In this document: piece by piece, positions 34,970 through 45,747 of the stretch
Layout of the letters: the number at the start of each line of letters is the position of its first letter
How positions within the stretch are numbered: the stretch's first letter is position 1
Assembly: GCA_040767225.1 (NCBI GenBank)
Contig: JAXGOY010000003.1
Location: forward strand, 2,031 to 66,030
Direction: 5' to 3'
DNA from: Candidatus Dojkabacteria bacterium
Lineage (GTDB): Bacteria > Patescibacteriota > Dojkabacteria > SC72
DNA length: 64,000 nt
The notes under the pieces: model-generated
What the model saw: only the letters and a program-made list of their open reading frames with translations
Databases searched by the model: none
Told to the model about the DNA's origin: nothing
Program-made: the position numbers and the translations under genes

Positions 34970-35668
34970 ATGGAAAAAGGTAAACTATATATTGTTTCTA
35001 CACCCATAGGGAACTTGGGAGATATCACATACAGAGCTGTTGAAGTTTTAAAATCTGTACCTTTTGTTTTAGCAGAGGACACAAGAGAAAGTTTTAAACT
35101 ATTTAAAAGATATGGAATAACTACTCCATTAATATCATACAGAGACCAGAATCATGAAAGAATATTTGGTAAGATTCAGGAGAAATTAGATTTAGGGTTA
35201 GATTTAGCCCTTATATCTGATAGTGGTACTCCACTGATAAGTGATCCAGGTTTTAAATTAGTTAGGCAGTTAAGAGAGTTAGGATACCCAATAGAGAGTA
35301 TTCCAGGTCCTAGTGCGTTAATATCTGCACTATCTATTAGCGGCTTGCCAACTGATAAATTTGTATTTCTTGGTTTTCTTCCAAAGTCATTAACAAAGAG
35401 AAAAAACATTTTAGAAAAATATCTTTCATTAGGCATTACAGTAATAATTTATGAATCACCTAATAGGATACTATCACTTCTTGAGACAATTAGTTTGTGT
35501 TGTGAAAATAATCGTACAGTACTCACAAAAGATATTACAAAGTTAAGAGAAGAAGTTTTGTCAGGAACATCACGCGAGCTTTTAATTGAGCTTAATAAAA
35601 GAGAATTTGATAAGCATCCTCATGGAGAGTTTGTACTAATTACTTATCCTGTTTTGAAAAAAGAGTAA
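34970..35668 (+). CDS. rsmI: 16S rRNA (cytidine1402-2'-O)-methyltransferase RsmI
   Basis: N-terminus GKLYIVSTPIGNLGDITYRAVEVLKSVPFVLAEDTR, tetrapyrrole-methylase fold typical of RsmI. Confidence 0.9.
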   Translation: MEKGKLYIVSTPIGNLGDITYRAVEVLKSVPFVLAEDTRESFKLFKRYGITTPLISYRDQNHERIFGKIQEKLDLGLDLALISDSGTPLISDPGFKLVRQLRELGYPIESIPGPSALISALSISGLPTDKFVFLGFLPKSLTKRKNILEKYLSLGITVIIYESPNRILSLLETISLCCENNRTVLTKDITKLREEVLSGTSRELLIELNKREFDKHPHGEFVLITYPVLKKE

Positions 35669-36542
35669 AATAATTATTATCTGTTATTTCTTCTATTCTT
35701 TTGTATTCAATATTCTTAACTTCACATGCTTTCTCTATAATTTCTTTAATTAAAGCAGGTCTCCCATATTTTTTAATAGAGTTTTTCTTTTTTCTTACAC
35801 TTTGAGTAGGAAGAAAAGGACCGTCAGTTTCAAAAAGTACTCTTTCAACTGGTACTTCTTTAAGTATTTCTCTTACATTCTCACCACTTGGATATGTAAT
35901 TATTGCATTAAAACCAACATACATGCCTAAGCTAAGAATTTTATCAAGCATTTTAATATCACCTGTATAGCTATGAAAAGAACCTTTAATTGTTCCTCTC
36001 CCTTCTTTTGCAATTATTGCAAGTACATCTTTAACACAATTACTACTTCCATCTATGTCTCTTGCATGAATACTCATTGGGAGATTATATTTAACAGCTA
36101 ATTTGCATAATTTAGAAAATAATAACCTTTGTGCTTCTTTTATCTGTTCTTTTTTCTCTTTGGTAAAATTAGAATATTGATTCATACTAAAGTAATCCAA
36201 TCCACACTCCCCTATTGCAGTTACATCTTTAATATTTTTGTTTAACACTTCCTCAAATATTTCATACTGTTTTTTCATATACTGAAAGATATCTACACTG
36301 TCTAACTCATTTTTTGATATTCCCTCTTCTATTCTTGTAGGATGTATTCCTAAGGCTAAATCAATGGTGTCTGGGAATTTACTGTTTAGGTGTTTATACA
36401 TATCAATGGTGTCTTGATAATTTGTCATATCTGTTGTTTGTGCAAGTATCTTCTTTCCGCCAAGTTCAATAAACTCTTGTATGTCCTCTTGTATATTCTC
36501 TTTTAATGGACTCATTGATATATGAATATGTGAATCATGCAT
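35640..36542 (-). CDS. tatD: TatD-family metal-dependent hydrolase/DNase
   Basis: MHDSHIHI (metal-binding HxH), GECGLDY, HARD, FETDGPFL motifs. Confidence 0.8.
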   Translation of the reverse strand: MHDSHIHISMSPLKENIQEDIQEFIELGGKKILAQTTDMTNYQDTIDMYKHLNSKFPDTIDLALGIHPTRIEEGISKNELDSVDIFQYMKKQYEIFEEVLNKNIKDVTAIGECGLDYFSMNQYSNFTKEKKEQIKEAQRLLFSKLCKLAVKYNLPMSIHARDIDGSSNCVKDVLAIIAKEGRGTIKGSFHSYTGDIKMLDKILSLGMYVGFNAIITYPSGENVREILKEVPVERVLFETDGPFLPTQSVRKKKNSIKKYGRPALIKEIIEKACEVKNIEYKRIEEITDNNYFTLFSKQDK

Positions 36543-36611
36543 GAGAGTATTTTAGCACAACAGAGAGGAATTGTGCTTTCAGTTTTGAAATGTGATAAAA
36601 TATCGGCTGCA

Positions 36612-37295
36612 ATGAAAAATGGTCGGTTGTATATTAACTGGTTGGTGGTTATTACTTTGTTTCTCTTTATTACCTCTTTAGGGGTTTTCTTAATGTATAT
36701 ACAGAAAAATCTTGTTTCTGATCAATGTGCATATGGACAGGATATGGGGGAGAATTGTGTATGTAGTAGCGATGGTGTAAAAGTGTGTGATGGAGAGTTG
36801 CCAGTGAAAGATAGGAGTGTTAGTGAGTTTACTTCAAATGGTTTAACATATTCTGTTAATTTTTTAAATCTAGTTAGTTTAAATAATCCTCCTAAACACA
36901 GTGTTGAGTTTACAGACATATTGCAAAGTGGGAATATGCTTAGGGTTGTTGTCGACCTAAATAGTATGTGTAATTCTAATAATAGGGTAGCTCCTCAGAT
37001 TGGATTTTACAAATTGGATAATGAAAGACTAATTCTTACAGTAATTAGTAATTTAACTGATCCTTCCTTTGATTTACAATGCAGGTCTGAGAATATATTT
37101 TTAATTGAGAGTTTTGATTTAAATTCTAAAGAAACATTTAAATTACAGTTTCAGGATGAATCAGGAAATATTTATCAAGCATCGACATGTATATATCAGG
37201 GGTATATAAGGAATGATGGTGATGTATATGTTTCAAAAGACAGTCAAATGCTGTGCCGTTGTAATAATGGAGTAAATAGTTGTGAAAAAAGATAA
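36612..37295 (+). CDS. Hypothetical Cys-rich membrane-anchored extracytoplasmic protein
   Basis: Start set at internal Met (MKNGRLYINWLVVITLFLF). One TM helix, then about 200 aa with 10 Cys (CVCSSDGVKVCDGE..., CRCNNGVNSCEK). No recognised domain. Confidence 0.4.
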   Translation: MKNGRLYINWLVVITLFLFITSLGVFLMYIQKNLVSDQCAYGQDMGENCVCSSDGVKVCDGELPVKDRSVSEFTSNGLTYSVNFLNLVSLNNPPKHSVEFTDILQSGNMLRVVVDLNSMCNSNNRVAPQIGFYKLDNERLILTVISNLTDPSFDLQCRSENIFLIESFDLNSKETFKLQFQDESGNIYQASTCIYQGYIRNDGDVYVSKDSQMLCRCNNGVNSCEKR

Positions 37296-37298
37296 CTA

Positions 37299-38327
37299 TT
37301 AAAGCACTCCTATATATATTCCTAATATACAGCCAAATAATGTAAACAGCCAAAATCTCATTGTTATTTTATACTGTGGCCATCCCATTGCTTGAAAATG
37401 ATGATGTATTGGTGCTATCTTAAACACTTTTTTATGAAAGAACTTTATACTTATCATTTGTATTGCACTTGATAGCATTATTATCCATGTTACAAAGGAC
37501 ATTAAAAAGTATGGAATAATATTTCCTGTTGTTAATCCAATGAAAAACATAGCAAAGGAAATTGGCATTGCACCAGGTCCTCCATTCCAGAATCTTGCAG
37601 GAGGGATATTAAAGTAAAGGTCTACTATGAGTACCCCTAATGTTATTGCTAGAAATGGCAGATAATCGTATTGTTGTTGTACTGTTAGTAAGAAAAACAT
37701 TGCAGTTGTAATTATTATAAAGATACCAACCATTAAACCATCAAGTCCATCAGTTAGCTCTCCTGAATATATTGCAAACTGACCAATGATTGCTAGAAGA
37801 ATTAAGATTGCTGGTGTTATTGATATTGCTATTGTGTTTGTAAGAGAAAGGGTATCAAATGTACCTGTTTTGTATAGCATATACATTATTCCGATGTTTA
37901 GAATTATGGCAATCACTAATTTAATGAGTCTCCATTCAAATGTCTCTTGTAATGCTCTGAACTTCTCGTTATTCTTAAGCCCATTTGTAAAAACAGCCAC
38001 ATCAATAAATCCCCAAAGGCCAAAAAGTAGAAAGCCAGCTAAAAGTGCATTTAGTTGAGAAAATTGTGGTGCAAATATATATGTTACTAATGGGACAATT
38101 AACCAGATGAGGACACCTCCCATATTAGGAGTTCCATTAGTTTTTGCTGTTCTCATTATTCTCATGAAGACAGAATTAGTCCCTTGCTCAGATGCAAGCT
38201 TTGTCTTTTTTATCTCGCTAACCTGATTAAATCTGTACAGAATATTAATCATTATTGGGGCAAAGAGCATAGAAATTGCAGTTGATATGAAAAGGTACTG
38301 CAAGCTTTCTTTAAGTATGTCTGTCAT
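37299..38327 (-). CDS. mraY: Phospho-N-acetylmuramoyl-pentapeptide transferase MraY
   Basis: 10-TM protein with TDGLDGL and HHHFQAMGW signature motifs. Confidence 0.93.
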   Translation of the reverse strand: MTDILKESLQYLFISTAISMLFAPIMINILYRFNQVSEIKKTKLASEQGTNSVFMRIMRTAKTNGTPNMGGVLIWLIVPLVTYIFAPQFSQLNALLAGFLLFGLWGFIDVAVFTNGLKNNEKFRALQETFEWRLIKLVIAIILNIGIMYMLYKTGTFDTLSLTNTIAISITPAILILLAIIGQFAIYSGELTDGLDGLMVGIFIIITTAMFFLLTVQQQYDYLPFLAITLGVLIVDLYFNIPPARFWNGGPGAMPISFAMFFIGLTTGNIIPYFLMSFVTWIIMLSSAIQMISIKFFHKKVFKIAPIHHHFQAMGWPQYKITMRFWLFTLFGCILGIYIGVL

Positions 38328-38368
38328 ATCTGTAAGTGTTAAATTAAATTACTGTACTTAGTATTATC

Positions 38369-40210
38369 TCAATTTCTTTTTGGTATTTCCAGGTCATTTG
38401 CAATACTTAAGAATATATCTGTCCATAATGGTACAACTGTTGCTGCTGCAAGCTCATCTGTTTGCGGATGTTCAAGTCTTACAAGCATTATCATCTTTGC
38501 ATCATCTGCAGGAGTAAAGCCAATGAATGTTGTTATTGTTTTATCTTCTTCATATCCTCCTTCTTTTTTTGCAACTTCCGCAGTACCTGTTTTTCCAGCA
38601 ATATAGTAGTTTTTTAGTTTTTTTACATATGTAGGACTTATTCCTCCATCTTCAATTACATGTGTCATCATTTCTGTTACTGCTTGCGCTGTTTGTTCTG
38701 ATATGGGTTGTGAAAGTATCTGAGGCTCGTACATTATTTCTTCTTCATCATTTGAGATTTTAGAAATAATATATGGTCTCATTCTTACACCTTTGTTTGC
38801 TATTGTGCTTATTGCTGAAAGAACTTGGAGTGGTGTTGCAGAAATACCTTGCCCATATGATGCTGTAATAATATCAAGTCTTGTCCACTCATTAAATGGT
38901 TTTAAATAACTATTACTCTCTTCTTGAAGGCCAATTCCTATAAAACTGCCGATTCCAAACTCTTTTAATTTGTCATAAAAATATTGAGGTTTTATCTCTA
39001 ATGCAACTCTTGCAATACACGGATTGTTTGAATTCTTTAAAATATCAGCAAGAGATTGTTTCCCACCTGGTCTTCTATTCCATGTGTATATCTTTCTTCC
39101 CTTTAAGTCCGCATATTTAGTAACTTCATATAAATCTAAGTATCCTGTTGGGTCGTTGCATTTGTAATCTTTATCAATAGAGTTTGATTCTAGTGCAATT
39201 GAAATTGTAATTGGTTTTTGAACAGAGCCGTATTCATATACATCTGCAACAGCCAAGTTTTTAAAAACCCAAGGGTCTGATACCCTCCAGTACTCATTTG
39301 GGTTGTATGTAGGATAATTTGCCATTGAAATAATTTTACCTGTCTTAGGGTCCATTATTATTGCTGTACCACTTCTAGAACCTGTTTTTTCAACATGAGT
39401 TTTAAGTATACTTTCAACTTTATTTTGTATTGAAGGGACAATTGTAAGTGTAAAATCTTTTCCAGATCTAGGGAGAATAGGTTCATATTCTGCTGTTAGT
39501 ATTGTATTTCCTAGTGAATCTTTTTCTTCATATGTATGTCCTTCTTTTCCAGTGATATCTCCAAAATAGAAACCTTCAATTCCATACTGTCCAACATCCT
39601 TTCCTTCACTGTTTTTCCCAATAAAGCCGATTACATGAGATGCTAACTCCCCATTTGGATAAACTCTTTTTAATGCTCTTTCAAAGTACAGTCCAAAACC
39701 AGCTCTATTTACCTTTTCATCACCAAATATGTTTGCACTTTCTAATGCAATTTTTGTTTCATTACTTACTTCCTTTGCAAGATTTACATATACAAAATCA
39801 TCTGTTAATTTCTCTTTTATTGTATCAGTTTCAACAGCTAGAATGGAGGCAACAGTAGAAACAAAAAGATCTTTTTTACTAAAAAACAATTCTCTTTCTC
39901 TTTCATCTGTACTTAGTGAAGCATATACATTCCAAGCAGGCTGGTCTACTGCAAGTATTGTTCCATCTTCTGCTAAAACTCTTCCTCTTTGAGCTGTCTG
40001 CTTTCCAGTATTTGTATACTGTTGTTGTGCAATGTTGGCAAACTTATCTGATTCAAGTACCTGCCATCTAAATGCTTGTATTAAGATTATTACTCCAAAT
40101 ATAGTTAAGAGTATGGCTACCAGTTTGTAGTTATTTCTTTGAACTAATGCTCCTGTTTCAGAGCTGTTTTTTTTGTATTTTGGTGAATGTAAATGACTTA
40201 AACTTGTCAT
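38369..40210 (-). CDS. ftsI: Peptidoglycan D,D-transpeptidase FtsI/PBP2-type (class B PBP)
   Basis: N-terminal TM and dimerisation domain. SVQKP (SxxK) and KTGTA motifs. Position in the dcw cluster after ftsL. Confidence 0.85.
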   Translation of the reverse strand: MTSLSHLHSPKYKKNSSETGALVQRNNYKLVAILLTIFGVIILIQAFRWQVLESDKFANIAQQQYTNTGKQTAQRGRVLAEDGTILAVDQPAWNVYASLSTDERERELFFSKKDLFVSTVASILAVETDTIKEKLTDDFVYVNLAKEVSNETKIALESANIFGDEKVNRAGFGLYFERALKRVYPNGELASHVIGFIGKNSEGKDVGQYGIEGFYFGDITGKEGHTYEEKDSLGNTILTAEYEPILPRSGKDFTLTIVPSIQNKVESILKTHVEKTGSRSGTAIIMDPKTGKIISMANYPTYNPNEYWRVSDPWVFKNLAVADVYEYGSVQKPITISIALESNSIDKDYKCNDPTGYLDLYEVTKYADLKGRKIYTWNRRPGGKQSLADILKNSNNPCIARVALEIKPQYFYDKLKEFGIGSFIGIGLQEESNSYLKPFNEWTRLDIITASYGQGISATPLQVLSAISTIANKGVRMRPYIISKISNDEEEIMYEPQILSQPISEQTAQAVTEMMTHVIEDGGISPTYVKKLKNYYIAGKTGTAEVAKKEGGYEEDKTITTFIGFTPADDAKMIMLVRLEHPQTDELAAATVVPLWTDIFLSIANDLEIPKRN

Positions 40211-40512
40211 TAGTTATTAGCAACTAATCTAGAATCTTGAATGTAAAGAAAAGTTTGAGTTATATTTTTTGATAGTTCCAATTTTTTTTCAGAAAGATTC
40301 TCTATTACTTTAAGAGAGCTGTTTTTTGCAATTTCCTCTGATATTACTCTGTTCTCTTCTAGTAGATATTCTTTTTCATCATTTAGCTCTTCAAGTTTTA
40401 TTCCAAGTGGGGTGAGTATTGAATTAATAACAAGCTGTGATACAACAAAAAGTATAAAAGAGGCTATTAATAGCATCGAAAAAAGTGAGTTTTTTTTCTC
40501 AGTCTTTTTCAT
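40210..40512 (-). CDS. ftsL: Cell division protein FtsL-like (small bitopic coiled-coil protein)
   Basis: 100 aa, single TM, coiled-coil C-terminus. Located between rsmH and ftsI. Confidence 0.55.
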   Translation of the reverse strand: MKKTEKKNSLFSMLLIASFILFVVSQLVINSILTPLGIKLEELNDEKEYLLEENRVISEEIAKNSSLKVIENLSEKKLELSKNITQTFLYIQDSRLVANN

Positions 40513-40531
40513 TTAGGCAGTTTTTAAATTT

Positions 40532-41419
40532 TTATATTTTTTCTATAGCTCTTAACTTAGCTGAAGCGGATCGGGGATTATCTCTTACCTCTTGGTCGGT
40601 TGGGGCAATGATTTCCTTTGTAAGAAGCATACCTTCTCCGCTTTCAACTAAATTGTTAAAGTAATTTTTAACTATTCTATCTTCAAGTGAATGGAAGGAT
40701 ATTACACATAACCTTCCCTTTTTGTTTAAGAGCTTAAAAGATTTGTCTATGCCTACCTTTAATGAGTTCATCTCATCATTTACCACAATTCGCAGAGCCT
40801 GAAAGACTCTGCGAGAAGGGTTCTTAGAACTTTGATGAGCTGCCGGCACAACTCTATAGACAAGTCTTGTAAGATCTCCAACAGTATTAATATTCGTGTT
40901 TTCTTTTTTAATTGCTTTTGCAATTTTTCTTGCATATTTTTCTTCTCCATACTTAAGAAATATCTCTGTAAGTTCATTCTCTGAAAGAGCAGTAAGCAGA
41001 TCTTTAGCAGTTACTCCAAGCTCTTCATCCATTCTCATATCAAGAGCTTCTTTGTCTTCTAGATAGCTAAAACCTCTATTATGTGAGTCTTCCAGCTGTC
41101 TTGAGCTAAGACCTAAATCCATTAGTATTCCATCTGGTCTACGATTGTACTGATTGGCTATCTTATCTATATTTGCGAAATTGTCCTTTACTATTATCCA
41201 ATTCCCCTTTATATCTTTCTTGTAATACTCTTTTACAAAATCAATTGCATATTTATCTTGGTCTATACTAATTAGCAATCCCTTTTTGTTTAGTCTTTTA
41301 AATATCTCAAAACTGTGTCCTCCATCTCCCAATGTGCAATCAATGTAAAAGCCGTCTGGTTTAATGTTTAGGTAATGTATTACTTCGCTGAGCAGTACTG
41401 GAGTGTGTAACTTCTTCAT
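40532..41419 (-). CDS. rsmH: 16S rRNA (cytosine1402-N4)-methyltransferase RsmH/MraW
   Basis: HTPVLLSEVIHYL...DCTLGDGGHS. Conserved dcw-cluster position. Confidence 0.95.
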   Translation of the reverse strand: MKKLHTPVLLSEVIHYLNIKPDGFYIDCTLGDGGHSFEIFKRLNKKGLLISIDQDKYAIDFVKEYYKKDIKGNWIIVKDNFANIDKIANQYNRRPDGILMDLGLSSRQLEDSHNRGFSYLEDKEALDMRMDEELGVTAKDLLTALSENELTEIFLKYGEEKYARKIAKAIKKENTNINTVGDLTRLVYRVVPAAHQSSKNPSRRVFQALRIVVNDEMNSLKVGIDKSFKLLNKKGRLCVISFHSLEDRIVKNYFNNLVESGEGMLLTKEIIAPTDQEVRDNPRSASAKLRAIEKI

Positions 41420-41857
41420 TTAGTTACCCTCCTTCATTCTTTCTATCTCTTGAGCAATCTCTTCTCCATGTGTTTTAAGATACTCTACTCTTTTCTCCCA
41501 CCTTGATTTATCCCATATCTCTATCCAATTTATTAACCCAATGAAAACAATTTCATTACTAAGCTGTGCATGTTCAAAAAGAGATTGAGGTATTACAAAT
41601 CTTCCTAGTTTATCTAATGAGATTTCTGTAGCACTACCTATTAGGAATCTGCTTGTATCACGAATATTTTTATTTATAAAAGAGCCATTTATAACATCTT
41701 TTGCTATTTTCTCCCACATCTGTTTATTAACAAGTATTAAAGAATCTTCATATCCTCTTGTTAATATTATGTTTTCCCCTATTTCATCTCTAAATTTTTT
41801 AGGAAGTGATACTCTTTTCTTCTCCCCTATTTTGCTTGTGTATTCTCCAATTATCAT
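41420..41857 (-). CDS. mraZ: Transcriptional regulator MraZ
   Basis: 145 aa, duplicated SpoVT/AbrB-like halves (KRVSLPKKFRDEIGE / GRFVIPQSLFEHAQL). First gene of the dcw cluster. Confidence 0.9.
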   Translation of the reverse strand: MIIGEYTSKIGEKKRVSLPKKFRDEIGENIILTRGYEDSLILVNKQMWEKIAKDVINGSFINKNIRDTSRFLIGSATEISLDKLGRFVIPQSLFEHAQLSNEIVFIGLINWIEIWDKSRWEKRVEYLKTHGEEIAQEIERMKEGN

Positions 41858-42061
41858 ATTTCAAATATACCACTTTTTACCACTTCTTGCCACTAATGTA
41901 GCATTGAATATTAATAGTAGTCAAGAGAATAATACTACAAGACATATGTTATTAAGAATTTGCTTTAAAATAATGAAGAAAAAACAGAGGAAGTAAATCA
42001 AAGATGGCTGATAGTAAAAGATAAAGGTAACAAAAGAGATAGATATATAGTAAAATGAAGT

Positions 42062-43408
42062 ATGAGAGTTTATTTGAAAGAAATAAAAGAAAAGTTTCCT
42101 GAGTTTGAGATAGAAAATTATGATGATGATATATATTTTGAAAATATTAACCATGACTCAAGAGTTTATATCCCCAATTCACTATTTGTTCCAATAGTGG
42201 GTAAGAATTTTGATGGTCATGATTTTATTGAAGCAAGTAAATGCACTGTTTCTTTAATGCAAAGAGATCATAAAGAGAGGTATAAATTAGATATTCCATT
42301 AATAATTGTAGAAGATATTTTAGAAGGGTTAAAAGAAATTATTGGATATGTAAGAGATAAAGTTAATGTTCCAGTTATTGGTATTACAGGGAGTACAGGA
42401 AAGACTACAACAAGGATGATGACTGTTTCTATACTTTCACAATTTGGAAAGGTTCTTACTTCTGATAAAAATATAAATACATTATGGGGAAATAGTGAGT
42501 TACTTATGACTCTTTCTGATGAAAAGTATGTTGTACTTGAGATTGGAATGGATAGTAAAGGAGAGATTAAGATGCAGTGTGAGGGTTTGAAACCTAATAT
42601 TGGTGGTATTTTAAATGTAGGATATGTTCATGGAGAAAATGTTGGTGGTATTGAAGGAGTATTTAATGAGAAAAGACAGCTTGCTGATTATTTAGTAAGT
42701 AATAATAAACCAGTTGTATTAAATACTGATGATAAAAGATTAAAGAAACTTGCAGATGAGTTAAAAACCAACATTGTAACTATTGGTGGAAGTAATCAGG
42801 ATTACACCTTTTCTAATGTACATTTGGATGAGAATGGAACTCGTTTCTCGCTTAAATATAATGGTAAGTTATATGACTGTAATTTGAAAGTACTTGGTAA
42901 GGATTATGTATACAATGCTCTTTGTGCTATTGCCTTTTGTAATACTTTGGGAGTTTCAATAGAGGATTGTATAAAAGGAGTTGAGAAATATAATGGGTTT
43001 AAAGAAAGATTTGAAATTAAGAAGATAAATAATACCCTTACAATAATAAATGATGCATACAATGCGAATCCTGCATCAATGAAAATGTCACTGAATACAT
43101 TTAATGAGCTTTGGGGAAGAAGAAAAGATATTAAAAAGATTTTAGTTTTAGGAGACATGAAAGAGTTGGGGAGTGTATCTAACCAGGAGCATAAAAAGAT
43201 TGCTGATATTGTAAACAGTATGGATGTTGATTATATCATTTACTTTGGGGAGTACTCAAAATATTTTAAGGGTGTTACTTCTTGTAGTAGTATTGAAGAA
43301 GTTGTTGAGTCTTTAAAGAAAAATATTAAAAAGGAGGAAAATACTGTTGTTCTTTTAAAAGGGAGTAACAGTCAAAAACTATATACTATTCCTGAACTCT
43401 TGAATTAA
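42062..43408 (+). CDS. murF: UDP-N-acetylmuramoyl-tripeptide--D-alanyl-D-alanine ligase MurF
   Basis: N-domain HDSRVYIPNSLFVPIVGKNFDGHDF, P-loop GITGSTGKTTT, DAYNANPASMKMSL. Confidence 0.85.
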   Translation: MRVYLKEIKEKFPEFEIENYDDDIYFENINHDSRVYIPNSLFVPIVGKNFDGHDFIEASKCTVSLMQRDHKERYKLDIPLIIVEDILEGLKEIIGYVRDKVNVPVIGITGSTGKTTTRMMTVSILSQFGKVLTSDKNINTLWGNSELLMTLSDEKYVVLEIGMDSKGEIKMQCEGLKPNIGGILNVGYVHGENVGGIEGVFNEKRQLADYLVSNNKPVVLNTDDKRLKKLADELKTNIVTIGGSNQDYTFSNVHLDENGTRFSLKYNGKLYDCNLKVLGKDYVYNALCAIAFCNTLGVSIEDCIKGVEKYNGFKERFEIKKINNTLTIINDAYNANPASMKMSLNTFNELWGRRKDIKKILVLGDMKELGSVSNQEHKKIADIVNSMDVDYIIYFGEYSKYFKGVTSCSSIEEVVESLKKNIKKEENTVVLLKGSNSQKLYTIPELLN

Positions 43409-44697
43409 TCTTCCCATCTAATATCAGCACCAAGTTTTTGAAGATTTTCAACAAAGTGAGGGTGTGCTCTCTTTATTGAATCCGCATTGTGTATAACACT
43501 TTCACCATCTATTGTAAGTGCTACCATAAGGAGAGCAACTGTTGCCCTTATAATATTAGGGGCATCTACTGTGGCAGGTTTTAATTCCTTTCCACCAAAT
43601 ACTATTATCCTATGAGGATCGCACATTACAATATGAGCTCCAAACTTAATCATTTCTGGTATCCAGAAAAATCCTGCTTCATATACTTTATTCCAGAACA
43701 TGCAGTTTCCCTCTGCCTTTACAGCTAATGCCATCATTAGTGGAAGAAGGTCTGCAGGAAAGTACGGCCATGGTGCAGCTTCTACTTTTTGAAGCATATT
43801 TTTTGTGAACGGTTCAACTACTTTTAATTTTCCATTGCTCTGTGAATATGCTGTATCTTTATCATATTTAATTGTTACACCAAACTTTGCGAATGTTTTA
43901 TTTATTAGTAAAAAGTGCTGTGGTATTGCATTATTTACTCTAACCTGCCCGCCTGTCATAGCACCTAGTGCAAGAAGAGTTGTAATTTCATGATGGTCTG
44001 AAGAGATTGTAAATGTTGTACCATGTAGTTTTTCTACTCCTTCTATAGTTAATGTAGAAGAGCCTATTCCTGATATTTTAGCTCCCATCTGGTTTAAGAA
44101 GTTACAAAGATCTTGTACATGAGGCTCTGAAGCTGCATTTATCATTACAGATTTTCCTTTTGCTCTTGCTGCTGCCATTATAAAATTTTCTGTTGTTGTT
44201 ACAGACATATAGTCCTGCCATAATGTACTGCCAACTAAACTATTCTTTGCATTAATTTCAATAGTTTCCCCTACTCTTACTTCTGCTCCAAGAGCTTTAA
44301 ATACCTCTAAATGTGGGTCTATCTCCCTTATGCCAAGTGCACATCCACCTATTTCTTGTTTAATTTTTAATTCTCCATGTCTTACAAGCAAAGGAGCAAG
44401 TATGAGTAAAGCTCCTCTCATTCCAAGGGGAAGACCTGCATCTCCAAAGCTCTTACAAAATTTAGAGTTGTTAATTTTTACTACCTGTTTTTCTTTATCC
44501 CATTCAACATAAGAGCCTAATTCCTGCATCAGTTCAATTAACTTTGTAACATCAGTTAACTCTGGGAAGTTGTTTATAACAATATCTTCATCTGTAAGAA
44601 GTGTTGCACAAAGTATAGGTAACGCAGAGTTTTTATTCCCTGCAGGAGTAATCTCTCCATTTAAAGCTTTTCCTCCTTTTACTATTAAGTTTGCCAT
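43405..44697 (-). CDS. murA: UDP-N-acetylglucosamine 1-carboxyvinyltransferase MurA
   Basis: MANLIVKGGKALNGEITPAGNKNSALPILCATLL, EPT fold. 430 aa. Confidence 0.95.
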   Translation of the reverse strand: MANLIVKGGKALNGEITPAGNKNSALPILCATLLTDEDIVINNFPELTDVTKLIELMQELGSYVEWDKEKQVVKINNSKFCKSFGDAGLPLGMRGALLILAPLLVRHGELKIKQEIGGCALGIREIDPHLEVFKALGAEVRVGETIEINAKNSLVGSTLWQDYMSVTTTENFIMAAARAKGKSVMINAASEPHVQDLCNFLNQMGAKISGIGSSTLTIEGVEKLHGTTFTISSDHHEITTLLALGAMTGGQVRVNNAIPQHFLLINKTFAKFGVTIKYDKDTAYSQSNGKLKVVEPFTKNMLQKVEAAPWPYFPADLLPLMMALAVKAEGNCMFWNKVYEAGFFWIPEMIKFGAHIVMCDPHRIIVFGGKELKPATVDAPNIIRATVALLMVALTIDGESVIHNADSIKRAHPHFVENLQKLGADIRWED

Positions 44698-44702
44698 ATA
44701 GT

Positions 44703-45722
44703 TTATTTAATAATATTAATTTCATATTTTAAATCAATATCATATTTCTTTTTAACCTCTTTTTTTATTTCTTCTATTAATTTAAGTATCTCTTCTCCAG
44801 AAGCTTTTCTATTTGTTACTACACATAAAGCATGATTTTCATATACTCCAGTATTTCCTTTCCATTTTCCTTTCCACCCAAGTTCATCTATTATTCTTCC
44901 AGCAGGTATTTTTATATATTCCCCTGCAGGATATGATTGCAGGTTAGGAATTACTTTTGAAAGTTCAGCATATTTTTCTTTTGTTACAAAAGGATTCTCA
45001 AACACACATCCACATGTTCCATATTCTTTAGTTGAAGGGAGTTTCTTTTTTCTTTGGTTAATAACAGCTTGCATAACATCAGAAATTGTATATGGCTGCT
45101 GTGCAAAAGTTTTAAGTTCTTCTTCAACAGAGCTGTAGTTTAATTTAGGATTACTTTCACCTTTGTTTAGTTTAAATGTAGAAGAGATAATCATATATTC
45201 TGGTTTTTCTGTTGTTTTAAATATACTGCTTCTATATGAAAATTTACATTCACTGTTTGTAAAAGTTTTTCTTTCTCCTGTTCTTAAATATACTGCTTCT
45301 ACACTTTCAACAGCATCCATGATATTTTGTCCATATGCTCCTATGCTCTGCGATACGACACCTCCTATATTCCCAGGTATATCTACCATATTCTCTATTC
45401 CTTGATAGTTGTTTTTTACACACCATTTAACAAAGTTATCCCAGTTTTCACCACAGTATGCCTTTATCCAAACATTTTCCTTATCTTCTTTAATTACCTC
45501 CTTGCCTTTTATTACTGGCTTAATTATTGTCCCATTGAAGTCATTTACAAACAGTATGTTATTTCCTTCACCAAGTATTAATATTTTTTCTTCATTTAAG
45601 TACTCTGATTTTACTAACTCATTAATATCATCTTCATTTTTAATCTCTATGAGATACTTTGCTTGTGCATTAACACCATATTGATTGAAATCTTTAAGGC
45701 TTTTGTTTGTAAATACCTTCAT
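44703..45722 (-). CDS. murB: UDP-N-acetylenolpyruvoylglucosamine reductase MurB
   Basis: FAD-binding domain (ILILGEGNNILF, DIPGNIGGVVSQSIGAYGQ) and C-terminal MurB domain. Confidence 0.85.
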   Translation of the reverse strand: MKVFTNKSLKDFNQYGVNAQAKYLIEIKNEDDINELVKSEYLNEEKILILGEGNNILFVNDFNGTIIKPVIKGKEVIKEDKENVWIKAYCGENWDNFVKWCVKNNYQGIENMVDIPGNIGGVVSQSIGAYGQNIMDAVESVEAVYLRTGERKTFTNSECKFSYRSSIFKTTEKPEYMIISSTFKLNKGESNPKLNYSSVEEELKTFAQQPYTISDVMQAVINQRKKKLPSTKEYGTCGCVFENPFVTKEKYAELSKVIPNLQSYPAGEYIKIPAGRIIDELGWKGKWKGNTGVYENHALCVVTNRKASGEEILKLIEEIKKEVKKKYDIDLKYEINIIK

Positions 45723-45747
45723 ATACTTTGATTATATAACATATTGA

